Source: Octopus vulgaris (taxonomy: Eukaryota). Taken from it: a stretch of DNA of 64,000 bases. Positions 40,088 to 53,407 of this stretch are shown piece after piece; positions within the stretch are counted from its first letter, which is position 1; each line of letters starts with the position of its first letter. The stretch covers positions 83,638,001-83,702,000 of the forward strand of contig OX597824.1 in assembly GCA_951406725.2 (NCBI GenBank). The letters are read 5' to 3'. Made by a program: the position numbers and the translations under genes. A model generated the notes under the pieces. The model was not told the DNA's origin. It saw only the letters and a list, made by a program, of their open reading frames with translations, and ran no database searches.

Positions 40088-40293
40088 TCTTTTACTTGTT
40101 TCAATCATTTGACTATGGCCATGCTGGAGCACTGCCTTTAGTCGAGCAAACCTACCCCAGGACTTATTTTTTGTAAGCCTAGTACTTATTCAGCTGGTCT
40201 CTTTTACCAAACCGCTAATGTTACAGGGACATAAACACACCAACATCAGTTGTCAAGCGATGTTGGGTGGAACAAACAGACACACAAACATAG

Positions 40294-40352
<59 letters not shown>

Positions 40353-40510
40353 CGACAGGCTTCTTTCAGTTTCCATCTACCAAATCCACTCACAAGGCTT
40401 TGGTCGGCCTGAAGCTATAGTAGAAGACACTTGCCCAAGGTACCATGCAGTGGGACTGAACCTGGGAACATTTGGTTGGTAAGCAAGCTAATTACCACAC
40501 AGCCACTCCT
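40088..40510 (-). mobile_element. SINE family A inside a piggyBac-like MITE (about 39940-40572)
   Basis: The flanks join into the same element as 50349-50569. Confidence 0.8.
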
Positions 40511-40739
40511 TGATTGAAAACAATGTGAATAAGTAAATATTACATTCAATAGAATAATCTGAATGCTAAAAGGTTAAAAACCCTTTTATAAGTTTCTGAC
40601 ACATGGTGGGATGCAGGTGAGAACGATGGGATTTTGTTACTGTTATCTCAATGGATTTGGATTCTTAAATGATGGGAAAAGCTGTTCTTTTTTTGTCTTT
40701 TTAAAGGGCTGGTATCATGGCATGGACCATTGCAGTTTG

Positions 40740-41650
40740 TTGCTGCATCCACTGTTTGTCAGTATTTGCTTGGGTCAGCCTGGGAAGTCCTCTGAACTGA
40801 GTCCCTGTCACTTCCCATCTCCCCAAGATGCTTCCTCATCTGTTGTGGCCATGAGGCATGTGACTAACCAGCATGAGTCATCTTCCAAGCCAGGGCTGTG
40901 GAGTCGGAGTCAGAAACAATTAAGGGGTAGCTGGAATCGGAGTCGGTAAAACTATACCGACTCTGATTCCGACTCACAATGTCTTTATTCTTTAATATAA
41001 ACCAGTTATAACATACAGGCCTACTCAAAGTACAAGTGTATGCATATGCTTTGTGAGCTATGTAGACCACAATCACTTAATTACATTAAGAGGAGTCAGA
41101 GTCAGAGTCGGAGTCAAAGTTTTTTGTTTCATCTCTACAGCCCTGGTCCTAGCCAGATCCTCAGAGAAGAGAACCCAGTATGCAGGATCCAATTTGGATC
41201 ACTGAGCAACATGACCAAGCAGTCTAAGCTGATGCTCTCAAATCATACAAGCAACAGGATACATCCTAGCTTTTAAATATAGTTATTGGTTGGATATGAA
41301 ATCTGACCGATTGTAGCCCATAATCCTGTGAATGGCACCAAAAGAGGTCAGGCAGCTCTTAAGGATCCTCAACAGTGTCCTGTTTCGCAACTCTAGAGCA
41401 TGATAGGGAGGGAGGACCAGAGACCTGAAGAGCCAAACCTTTGTCCTTCTGCTCAGATGTCAGCTGAGCCAAACAACCTCGTCCAATGAGCCCACACATA
41501 TACCAGCTCATCCAACTGTTTTTAAGACTTTGGACTTAGCAGCTAATGTTGCTATGGATCATGCTGCCAAGAGAAGTGCAGCTGTCAACAACTTTGACAT
41601 TCTCCACCGAAACAGTAGCAGTTGAGTTGGAGTCTTCCTAGGAAGCCAAT
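40740..41650 (-). mobile_element. Old RTE LINE fragment
   Basis: ENVKVVDSCTSLGSMI (F.YLGS-like) and RRTKVWLFRSLVL remnants. Confidence 0.6.
40891..41145. mobile_element. hAT MITE with GGAGTC subterminal repeats
   Basis: TIR CAGGGCTGTGGAG / CTCTACAGCCCTG; 8-bp flanks TTCCAAGC / GTCCTAGC (6/8). Confidence 0.8.
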
Positions 41651-43379
41651 GAAAGACTGGATCTTTCGATTTTGAGGAGTGGAATTTATTTTTCTGCTTG
41701 AGTGGGCTGGTCATGGATAGCGGTAGGAGATTCTTTGATCAAAAGGAACTACCATAGCGATAGCGATTTACTGTTGTCGGTTGCCATTTCAGCTGCTGGA
41801 TATCAGCTTGTTGATACAGATTCTGACTTACTGAAGTAGAGTCAAATGTTAATGCTCCATTCATTAACCAATAACAATTTCTAGCTTCTCCATGCACACT
41901 CAATGAAGTAATTTTGAGATTTCTTCAAATTTATTTTTAACCTGTCTCTCAGTTGTGTTATAAGCAGGTTTTGTAGTGATTTTATTGCACATCCTATATG
42001 TTTCATTGTCAATTATGAGAATCAAAAGAATGTTTATCAAAGCAGTAGCTTCATTTTCTGCCCAATTATGTCTCGTAAAGGCCTGAGAAACGTTGTTAAC
42101 CATATTGGTAAGATAGGGAATGACTGTGTTAGAAGTGTGTAATTAATTACTCAGTTAATTAATTTCGCTTTATGCTATTTTTTATTTTCTTTTGTTTTGT
42201 CTTCTTTTAATGGGGAATGTTTTTTATGTTTTTTTTTGTTATTGTTGTTTGTAATTTCTGGTCACGGGTAGCGACAACAACCAAACACAGTCAATAAACT
42301 AATAATTAATTTGTATATGTGCATTTGAACACATACCCACACACATATATCTGAATATGTATGTATGTGTATGTATACAGACTGTCATTGTTGTCATTAG
42401 CGCCAGTATCGGTGGTGGTAGCAGCATTGATGGTGGTAGCAGTGTCTTGTACATTTTGACTAGAACTGATGAGTTAAAGGGCTGTGCCAAGTTCCAGTGT
42501 CTGCTTTGATTTGGGGTTTCTACTGCTGGGGGCACTTCCTAATTTCAAACACTTTACAGAGTGCACCGGGGGCTTTTTTCATGGTACCAACACTGGTGAG
42601 GTTATCAAGCACTCAATACCAGTACCCTCAACTGAGTGGGGTATAGTATTGAAGAATAATGATACATAATAAATATCTGCATGTTTGTGTGTGTGTGTGT
42701 ATATAAATACATATCTATGAATATCTATATCTTTCTTTTGCAACATTTTCTCATGATGTTTCTTGAATATTTTCAATGGTGTGTCCTAAGTATTTTCCAA
42801 GAAGTAAACCTTTGCAACGTGAATGAATTTGGTAGACAGAAACTGCAAAAAGCCCATCGCATGTATGTGTGTATGTATGTGTGAGTGTGTGTGTGTGTGT
42901 ATGTATGTGTGCATGTGTGTGTGTGTGTATTTTCCCTGCTGGTATGGGTTGTATGGGTATTAATATCTCACAATCCATCATAGTCCAACATATCACCTCC
43001 AGCCAGGATTCTCCCTCTTAACACTCACCTTAGTCTTTTGTCACACAACTGAGAGCAATTCTTCAACATCAAGAAACACTGGTAACTCTGTTGTGTATAT
43101 CCTTAATTTAGGAACGATTTTTATCAGTTAATACCCTTCCTATCACAAAAACTTTACTATGTATACTGGGTGCATTTAATTGTGCTACCTGCTGTAGAGA
43201 GACCTTGTGTCAGCTACAAGCTGAATGATGGTTGCAGGGGTTGTGAGATAATTCATCTGTCAAGAGAGCTTAACCAGATGGGATAAAAATTTGATTTTGA
43301 TGGTTGGGGGTACATGGCACCTTGCTAGATAGCTGTTGATTTGCTTTAGCATCTTAAATCCTTTTGGTTTGATTTGCAT

Positions 43380-43800
43380 ATTTAATATTGATAAACATTG
43401 GCATAGGAGTGGCTGTGTGGTAAGTAGCTTGCTTAAAACCACATGGTTCCAGGTTCACTCCCACTGCGTGGCACCTTGGGCAAGTGTCTTCTACTATAGC
43501 CTCGGGCTGACCAAAGCCTTGTGAGTGGATTTGGTTGACGGAAACTGAAAGAAGCCCGTTGTATATATGTATGTGTGTGTGTATATATGTTTGTGTGTCT
43601 GTGTTTGTCCCCCACAACATCGCTTGACAAACGATACTGGGGTGTTTACGTCCCCGTAACTTAGCGGTTTGGCAAAAGAGACCGATAGAATAAGTACTAG
43701 GCTTACAAAGAATAAGTCCTGGGGGTCGATTAGCTTGACTAAAGGCGGCGCTCCAGCATGGCCACAGTCAAATGACTGAAACAACCAAAAGAGTAAAAGA
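43380..43800 (+). mobile_element. SINE family A, full length
   Basis: Matches 7293-7700; ends about 50 nt before exon 8. Confidence 0.9.
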
Positions 43801-43848
43801 GATTGACAAACTTGAGATTTTACATATATTTGGCCTGTTATATTGCAG

Positions 43849-43957
43849 CTGGTATCCGACAATAATAAACATATTTACTGATGCTAAATCATTGAAGATG
43901 AAAGGAAGCAAACTGGAATCCTTTTTCACATCTATCACCACCATTCTATCAAATCAG
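43849..43957 (+). CDS. DNAH12: DNAH12-like coding exon 8
   Basis: Acceptor TATTGCAG; WYPTIINIFTDAKSLKMKGSKLESFFTSITTILSNQ versus WYPKVINLFT...KLDAFYSCVSTLMSNQ; donor GTAAGA (phase 0). Confidence 0.94.
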
Positions 43958-44197
43958 GTAAGAAGCTAAGCTTTCTTTAATACTTTTGTATATTGTTCCT
44001 TTTCCTTTTCCTCTAATCCTTTGTCTATATCAGTGTTCCTAGGGTTCCGCAAGAAAGAGTGAGACAAGCTAATGCTAATTTCGTGATTGTAATATTACTA
44101 TACATGAATATCATATTTTGGTTATTGTAATACAGACATCATCCTGTCTAACCTATTATGTTATCAAAAATATATAACGACCTTATATAAATAAATA

Positions 44198-44605
44198 AGC
44201 GCAGGAGTGGCTGTGTGGTAAGTAGCTTGCTAACCAACCACATGGTTCCGGGTTCAGTCCCACTGCGTGGCATCTTGGGCAAGTGTCTTCTGCTGTAGCC
44301 CCGGGCCGACCAATGCCTTGTGAGTGGATTTGGTAGATGGAAACTGAAAGAAGCCTGTCGTATATATGTATATATATATATATGTATGTGTGTGTATATG
44401 TTTGTGTGTCTGTCCCCCCACCGTCGCTTGACAACCGATGCTGGTGTGTTTACGTCCCCGTCACTTAGCGTTTCGACAAAAAGTGACCGATAGAATAAGT
44501 ACTGGGCTTACAAAGAATAAGTCCCGGGGTTGATTTGCTCGACTAAAGGCGGTGCTCCAGCATGGCTGCAGTCAAATGACTGAAACAAGTAAAAGAGTAA
44601 AAGAG
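44198..44605 (+). mobile_element. SINE family A, full length
   Basis: Matches 7293-7700. Confidence 0.9.
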
Positions 44606-44649
44606 AATATATATATATATGCCAACCACTTTACAGAGCGTGCTGGGTG

Positions 44650-44988
44650 ATTTAACGTGGCTCTGCACAGGTGCTTCTACGTGGCATCACACAGACGCTT
44701 TTATATGGCACCACAGGGGTGCTTTTATGTGGAGCTGCACAGACACTTTTACATGGTACCGCACAGATGCTTTTATGTGACACTGCACAGGTACTCTTAA
44801 GGCACTTTTATGTGACACTGCATGGATGCTTTTACATGACACCGCAAAGGTGCTTTTGTGTAGTGCCTCATGGGTGCTTTTGCATGGCACCACATGGACG
44901 TGTTTATGTGGCACTGCGCAGGAGCTTTTAACTGGTGTCGCATGGACACTTTTACGTGGTACCACACAGGTGCTTTTATGTGACACTA
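44650..44988. repeat. Diverged 24-bp minisatellite (GCACAGGTGCTTTTATGTGGCACC-like), about 14 units
   Basis: CTTTTA(C/T)GTGGCAC recurs every 24 nt; motif derives from SINE family D. Confidence 0.85.
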
Positions 44989-45759
44989 AAGCCATGTGGT
45001 TGAGAAGCAAACTTCTTAGCCACATTAGTCAGGATAGTGTATAACACATAGACCATATACAGAATATGTCCTTAATAAACTCCATGGAATGTACATAGAT
45101 TATATAACAGACAGACTATATTGTATAGAAAACAGATTTTATACTACGTATATCTTATACATAATAAATGTATATCTTACTGAGGTTGCTTATGACATTA
45201 CCTGTGATGTTATGACAATTCTGTGAAAATATCTAAAGAATTTGTATCTGTTCTGATTTTGCAAATTGCATTACTTTAAATATGTTTATGAAATGTTGCA
45301 TTCAAAAAGAGGACAGCATCTCAATATCATAATATAATTACATTTCGTTTAACTAAGTATCTATATTTCTCATCTTTTTTTGTGTTCTCAATTTATATAT
45401 GTGTTTTTCACTTATCAGATGATATTTGTAGACTAGTGATTGAATGATAGATAAGGCACACTGGAATTTGAATTGCAGCATGTGGGTTTGTGCATGTATG
45501 CACATGTGTGTATGTGTGTGTATCTGGCAAAGAGAAGGTTGACAATGGCTTTGAGGTTTTACCAATGGATGGCATTATCAGATAGTCTTATTAAGCCAAC
45601 CATTCCATCTTTGAAATATTGAAAGCCTTGTGACGCTTTCTTTTATAAAAACTATAAGAATATAATTTGTTCTCTGCATATATATATTATTTAGTGCTTT
45701 CTCATTTAATGTTTAAATGTCTTTTTGCATAATTATACATAAAACTCACACATATTTGT

Positions 45760-45916
45760 GTTGCTGTGTGGTAAGAAGCTTGCTTCCCAACCACATGATT
45801 CCAGGTTCAGTCCCACTGCGTGGCTCCTCGGGCAAGTGTCTTCTACTATATATAGCATCAGGTCGACCAAAGCCTTGTGAGTGGATTTGGTAGACAGTAA
45901 CTGAAAGAAGCCCATC

Positions 45917-45948
<32 letters not shown>

Positions 45949-46125
45949 GTTTGTATATGTGTTTGTCCCCCCACCATCACTTGACAACTATTCGGCAAAA
46001 GAGACCAATAGAATAAGTACTAGGCTTGCAAAGAATAACTCCTGGGGTCGATTTGTTTGATTAAAGGTGGTGCTCCAGCATGGCTGCAGTCAAGTGACTG
46101 AAACCAATAACAGAATAAAAGAATA
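45760..46125 (+). mobile_element. SINE family A
   Basis: Head and tail match. Confidence 0.85.
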
Positions 46126-46183
46126 TGTGTGTGTATGTGTGTAAGGTGATAGATTTTCCTTTATATATATATATCTATATATC

Positions 46184-46223
<40 letters not shown>

Positions 46224-46675
46224 TATATGTATATATATGTAAAGGTAAGATGCAAGGATCAAGGTTTAAGAATTGAATAAGCATCAAGCAATCCATAGAA
46301 GGAATAAAAAACAACTTTCAGGGAACAATAGTGGTTTATTGACGTAGAAGGTTGTAAATTTTTCCCATATCAAAGTTCAATAAGCTGAAGGAAGTTATTT
46401 TATAGCTCAAAGTTAGCAACTGGGGTTGCTGTGTATCTCAATGAAAATCCAGAATTAGGGAATGGAGTCGATAAAATCCAGGCTGCATATGTTTCATAGA
46501 TAACAGAGCCTCAGAAGTAGTAATTACCCAAAGGAGGGATAAACTGCTAGTTACTAATTGGGCCAAAGATACCTTAATGAAATGAAGTTTACATTATCGA
46601 CAAGGAATCCCATGTTAACTTGCAGGAGATTCATTTGAAAATGCATGTGTATGTATGTATGTATGTTTGTATGTA

Positions 46676-46711
<36 letters not shown>

Positions 46712-47082
46712 ACAAAGTGGAGTTGTGGGGTACCGCACAAGTGGAATTATATACGAAAGAAAGGTTTGAAAATGCAATTTAAAAGATGTTTATTTACTTT
46801 ACCGGTTTCACTCTTTGGAAAAAGATTGTCAAAAGTAACATGTAGAAGTTTGGTTGCGTTAATTATTAGTTGTTGCAAATTGCTACATTACATATATACA
46901 GTCTTTGGTAACAGGGACATGTTAAGGACATAAAAAAGTTCAACAAGTTCCTTAAAATATTGGGCACAAAAGATTACTACATAAATAATCGTTCTCAAGG
47001 ACATGCTTAAGATAGTTTCCAGAAGGAATTGATATTGGTATTGTATCTGTATATTCAAACATGCACAGAATATTGGTTGACA

Positions 47083-47142
<60 letters not shown>

Positions 47143-47309
47143 CACATATACACATACATACATACAAAGATACACAATGACCTTGAACCCAGAAGAGTAA
47201 ACAAGAGAGACAGGGACAGGCAGAAACAAGGAAAATGCCACTTGTATTTGAACACTATGCAAATATTCTTTTAAAAAAACTTTTCTTTTAATGTTCCAGT
47301 GTCTGTGGT

Positions 47310-47710
47310 TAGCCCACAAGGGGCTAACCATAGAGGGGACAAACAAGGACAGACAAAGGGATGAAGTCGATTACATCGACCCCAGTGCATAACTGATACT
47401 TTATTTATCGACCCCGAAAGATGAAAGGCAAAGTCGACCTTGGCAGAATTTGAACCCAGAACATAATGGCAGACGAAATACCTATTTCTTTACTACTCAC
47501 AAGGTGCTAAAAGGAAAGGTCAAACAAGGACAGATAAACGGATTAAGTCGGTTATATCAACCCCAGTCCGTAACTGGTACTTATTTAATCCACCCCGAAA
47601 GGATGAAAGGCAAAATCGACCTCAGCGGAATTTGAACTCAGAATGTAACGGCAGACGAAATACCGCTAAGCATTTCGCCTGGCATGCTAACGTTTCTGCC
47701 AGCTCGCCGC
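47310..47710 (-). mobile_element. SINE family C, two units
   Basis: Head GGCGGCGAGCTGGCAGAAACGTTAGC on the minus strand. Confidence 0.85.
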
Positions 47711-49540
47711 CTTTGTCTGTTCTGGCATGGTTTCTATGGCTGGATGTCCTTTCTAACACCAACAAACCTCCACATGATGGTAGTTAGATGTTCTAACAGA
47801 TTGATTATTTCAGAACCAACTCTAACAGTACAAACTACAACTAATACTGCATTGCAGAAACTTAAGCATTATCTTGAAGTTGGCTTTTACAGAAATAGAA
47901 AGTTGAATGAAAAAAAAGATTGAAGACAAGATATGATCAATCATTATCCACAAATAGCTAAATATATTGTCTTATTGGAGTTATTCTCAAGTGTGTCAGT
48001 AGTGAAGTAAAATAAGCAAATCACAAAGTAGTCATTATTTTAATCTCATAGAACATGAAATAGGTGCAGACATGGCTGGATGGTAAGAAATTTACTTTCC
48101 AACTACATGGTTCTGCTTTCAATCTCACTGTGTAGCACATTGGACAATAGTCTTCTGCTATAACTCTGGGTCGACCGGATCCTTGTGTGAGTTTGGTAGC
48201 TGGAAACTGAAAGAAGCCCATTGTGTGTTTGTGTGTGTGTGTTTGAGTGTGTGTGTGTTTGAGTGTGTGTGTGTGTGTGTAGGCATGTGTGTATATGCAT
48301 TTTGCAATAGTTATGAATAGATATTACAGTCATGCAAGTAATGTCTCTGACTAGTTATGGGGGAATATTACTTTCTTCTTCATCATCATCATCATCATCA
48401 TCACCATCACCACTAATATCACCACCTCCACCATCACCACCATCACCACCACCAACACCATCAACACCACCATCATCATCATCATCAAACTTCCATTTTC
48501 CATGCTGCCATGGGTTGGATGGTTTGTGAGAACTGGTAAGCCAGAGGGAGCTGCACCAAGTTCCAATCTGATTTGGCATAATTTCTACAGCAGGATGCCT
48601 TTCCTAATACCAACCTCTCCAAGTGTGTAGTGGACGCTTTTTATGTGCCACTGGCACGGGTGCCAGTTACATGACTCCAGCATGGTTACCAGTTATGTGA
48701 CACCGGCATGGGTGGCATGTTCATGACACCAGCATCAGCCACGACTATGATCTCACTTGGCTTGACAGGTTTTCTCAAGCATGGTATATCACCAAAGGTC
48801 TCGGTTACCTGTCACTGCCTATGTGAGGCCCAATATCTGAACGGTGCTTTTTACGTGCCACCAGCATGGATGCCAATCACATGGCACTGGAATCAGTCAC
48901 AACTATGATTTAACTTGGCTTGACCTTATTTGGGAAAACATGGGGGTTGATGACAAGAAGGGCATCCAACCATAGAAAATCTCCCTCAATAAAATTCCAT
49001 CCTACCCACATATGAGCATGAAAAACTGAATGTTAAAATGATGACAATGTATATGAATTAGTGAATTTGATGTAAAAGCATCTTAGCAGAAATTCCGTTT
49101 TGATTTAAACTGTACAGAATTGCAGCATCAGATTTATAAATTCCATAATCTTTTGACAATAACTATGCAGCTGCCTTAGCTGTTTTGTTTATATATTTCT
49201 GTGGAATAATGTGGCGAGCTAGTAGAATTGTTAGCACACCGGGAGAAATGCTTTGTGGAATTTCACCTGTCTTTTTGTTCTAAGTTCAAATTCTGTCATG
49301 GTTGACTTTGCCTTTCATCCCTTTGGGGTTAATAAAATAAGTACCAGTTGAGCGCTGGTGTTGAGTAATTGACTTAGCTCCACCCTTCATACTTGCTGGC
49401 TTTGTGTCGAAATTTGAAACCAATATATTCCTGTAGATATATGTTGCCTTTGTGTCAATTACTTTTGAAATTAGTGAGAAATTACTCCAAAGATCCTTCA
49501 AAAGAACCTTATTTCATCCACCTGTATTCATGATTGTACT

Positions 49541-50131
49541 TGTAGCATATCTGATATCCTCACTGTTTGAGAAACACAACAGGAATGATCTCATTTGAGA
49601 TTACAGCCATCTTTGGCTGGTTTGTTCCTGTTGTGTCCACTGATTGGTTAGTATGTGGCGCAGTTTGTCTCTCTACTTATTTCGCGCCTCTGTGTAAAGC
49701 TAACCAATCACGGCCTTTGGATAAGGTCTCATGACACTGTTTTTCCTATGCTCTGTTTTATGTGCATACACTATTATATGTACCTTCTGTTGTTGGAACT
49801 GGAACATAGCTGAGTACGATGATGGTCAGTGACTAGACCTTAAAAGGTCTGGAGTCAACGACGAAGAATACTGAAAGCAAGTGCCTTTTTATAGAGGAAA
49901 AATGGCTCAAACAGAGCATAGGAAAAACAGTGTCACGAGACCTTATCTAAAAGCCGTGATTGGTTAGCTTTAGACAGTGGCGTGAAATAAGTAGAGAGAT
50001 AAACCGTGCCACGTACCAACCAATCAGATCAGTGGACACAACAGGAACAAACCAGCCAAAGATGGCTGTAATCTCAAACAAGATCATTCCTGTTGTGTTT
50101 CTCAAACAGTGAGGATATCAGATATACTACA
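49541..50131. mobile_element. Foldback MITE of 591 bp, TIRs of about 220 bp, TGT...ACA ends, 4-bp TSD (Ginger-like)
   Basis: Arms 49541-49758 and 49909-50131; TSD TACT at 49537-49540 and 50132-50135. Confidence 0.9.
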
Positions 50132-50348
50132 TACTCTTTTGGTCATTTACTAACATTCAATGACCATAAGTGAGGATAAGCATGTAATCTGAATTTAAGA
50201 GAATGAGTTTGGCTTTTTTACAAACCTCACCTCCTCTAAGTATCAAATGGTGGAACTGCTGCATTACTGTGCCAGTTCCTATAATTCTAGCATCCAATTT
50301 AGCTTCATGCTTCCAATCACTATCAAAATCTAGACCTGAGATACTTAA

Positions 50349-50569
50349 CTCTTAAGCATTTCAACTGACCACATCCGGCCCAAATATTCCACCTGGTTTG
50401 TATTCAAAATGGCTAGATGTGGCCTCTCACACCTACCCTACAATGTCATTCTAAAAATAAACAGCCACACCACCAAAATCTCAAAGATATCAGATGATGC
50501 ATGATTAATTAAAAACCAATGTGAATAAATAAGGATTACATTTGACAAAGTAATCGGAATGGTAAAGGG
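50349..50569. mobile_element. piggyBac-like MITE
   Basis: TTAA|CTCTTAAGCATT...AATGGTAAAGGG|TTAA. Confidence 0.75.
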
Positions 50570-50699
50570 TTAAGTTTCTCTACTCGACCACACTTGGGAA
50601 TCCAGCCGGAAAGTGTAATGATAGTTGCTTCTAACAAAACCCGATAGAGGTGGTGCCTAGGACTCTACTTCCATGACCCTCCCAGAAATAGTAGGTGGA

Positions 50700-51076
50700 G
50701 AAGATGGAGGGCTGGATGGATGGATGGATGGATGGAGGGCTGGCTGGCTGGCTGGAGGGCTGGCTGTCTGGCTGGCTGGCTGGAGGGCTGGATGGCTGAA
50801 TGGAGGGCTGACTGGCTGGATGGAGGGCTGGCTGGATGGATGGATGGAGGGCTGGCTAGCTGGCTGGAGGGCTGGCTGGCTGGATGGAGGGCTGGCTGGA
50901 TGGATGGAGGGCTGACTGGCTGAATGGAGGGCTGGCTGGCTGGATGGATGGAGGGCTGGCTAGCTGGCTGGAGGGCTGGCTGGATGGATGGAGGGCTGGC
51001 TGGAGGGCTGGCTGGCTGGCTGGAGAGCTGGCTGGCTGGATGGAGGGCTGGATGGATGGATGGATGGATGGGTGGG
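50700..51076. repeat. G-rich (GGCT/GGAT/GGAG)n satellite
   Basis: Direct reading. Confidence 0.95.
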
Positions 51077-51803
51077 TGAATGAAAAAAATTTAGTGAAAT
51101 AACTCTGTCATTATTAAGCTGTTGTTTGGAACAAGTCAACACGAAATTTTGATGGAAAGTTTGAATTTAGATTTCTTTAAAGCAGGAAGTTTACATCACA
51201 GAACCAAACATTGTGTCTGGTAGATAGGTATCAAAAGGGTTAAGTTGTTTCCACCGGCATAAATGTGTAACAGCATTAATAGTTTTCTTATTTCTTTCCG
51301 TGTGATGTTTTGGCTTGAAGGAATGGTTTGATCAGATGTCTATCAGAGTATAATCATTCTTGCTTTTGATTATTGTAACCAGACAGTTCATCTTGATCTT
51401 CTTGTCAGTCTGGACAGATATGTCACAGATTATTACAGCCAGGTCATTGTCGCTTATCAAATTTGGTGCGTATTTATACCACTTTTTAGTTTTCATGTTG
51501 AAGTACCAGAATATTGCCAAATCACTACAGCTACTCACCCCGATGATGATGATCATCGTTTTAAGGTCCACTTTACCATGCTTGCATGGGCCGGATGAAA
51601 TTTGTTGAGGCAGATTTTTTCTACAATTTGTTGTCCTTATTGTAGCCAACTCTCAGCTGTTTCCAACTAAGGTAATATTTCCCGTAGCCTGATATGTTTA
51701 TCCACAGAAGACTGGAAACAAAACAACCACCTCACTTGTATGACAATGATGCTCATTTACAACCATCATGTGATGTATTGACAAGAGTACACACAAATAC
51801 ATG

Positions 51804-51850
<47 letters not shown>

Positions 51851-53407
51851 CAATGGGCTTCTTTCTGTTTCCATCTACCAAAGTAACTCATAAGGCTTTG
51901 GTCAGCCTGAGACTGTAGTAGAAGACACTTGCCTAAGGTGACACATAGTGGAACTGAACCCAAGATCACATGGCTGGGAAGCAAGTTTCTTGACCATACA
52001 GCCACACCGGGTTCAGAAGATGGGGGAAGGGGATTGAAAAAAAACCCCATCATATTTTGCAAAATTTTTTTGCTAAAAGGATAGTCCAGAGCATTTCCAA
52101 GGGTACCATGAAAAAAAAATCTGAAAAATCCCTGTCAAAATGGAGTAATTCCAACTTGTTGGTGCTTCCTAAGTTGATGTCCACCAAAATAAATACCAGT
52201 TGAATATTGGGGTTCAATGTAGTCGACTAATCCACCCCCTGCTAAAATGATGCCTTGTACCAACATTCAAAACCCTTATTCCATTGCAGATTTTGCTATT
52301 TATAATAGTTTTTTCATGACTAGATATTGATCCTGTTTAGCTAAAGTCTGTGGAACTTGTGACCAAAATTCATATACCACAAGTACCACGAAATGTTTTA
52401 GAATTGTAATACAACCCACTCACAAGTGTGGACCTTCCATTTCTGCTTTTAGCCAAAAGCTTTCAAGCTATTGTTAACTTTCAGCTCTGACTTACATTCT
52501 TCTCAGGCACGTGCCAAAAGTATTTACTCAGGGTAGGCAGTAGGTGACGTTATGTAATAAAACACACAAAAAAATTAAGCAAAACACAGGCACACAACTG
52601 AGTTATAGGCAGATTTACTTCTGCCTTTATAGCGCATAAAGAAAATGTTGTTGTAGGAATGTATGCAGCATGTGTACTACAGCAGGACAATACACAGCTT
52701 AAATATTGAGATTGAAAGGCAGGAGCAAATTATGCCTACCTGATCTACAGAAAAAAATATTTTGTATTTCATGCATATTAATCAGAGTAACCTTCATAAT
52801 TTTATTGAATTAGGTGCATATTTTGCCATAAAAGGAAAATATTACTATCGATCTATTTTATTCAGAGTAGGCATTGCTTACCTTGCCTACCCAGGCAGCA
52901 TGTCCTTGATTTTCTCTTTGTCAAATCTTTCACAGCAATGTCTATGGAGTGGGTTTTGTTTCCATATTCTTTTATTTACTGCTTTTCAGATTTCCATTCT
53001 GATTTTCTATTTATTTTTTTAAGTTTGTTTTTTTCCAAAAATCTTTTCTGTTTTTTTTTTTTTACCCTTATCTGAATCAATTCTCTTCAGTGTAATTGCC
53101 TTGTAGTTTGTACTTTATTGCTTTCTTCTACATGTGTATGTGTGTGTGTGTGGACAGAGAGAGAAGAGTTTTTGTTGTTTTTGATATAAGGAAACAATGA
53201 ACTACAAGCAAGTAGCTAAATGCAGTAAAGAAAGAATGTTTAATATAATTTGAAATCAATATAATGATGATGATGGTGGTGGTGGTGGTGGTGGGTGGTG
53301 GAGGTGGCGGTGGGGTGGGGGGTGGGTGGCGGTGGTAACAACAACAATAATAATAATACTCGTTCTAATTTTGACACAACACCAGTGAATTTGAGGGAAG
53401 AAGTAGG

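Noticed and set aside
41700-42130. Minus-strand 67-aa ORF, possible gag relic
   Set aside because: No recognisable motif; cannot be supported
52504-52908. Possible hAT MITE (CAGGCACGTGC / GCATGTCCTTG)
   Set aside because: TIR and TSD too degenerate to call
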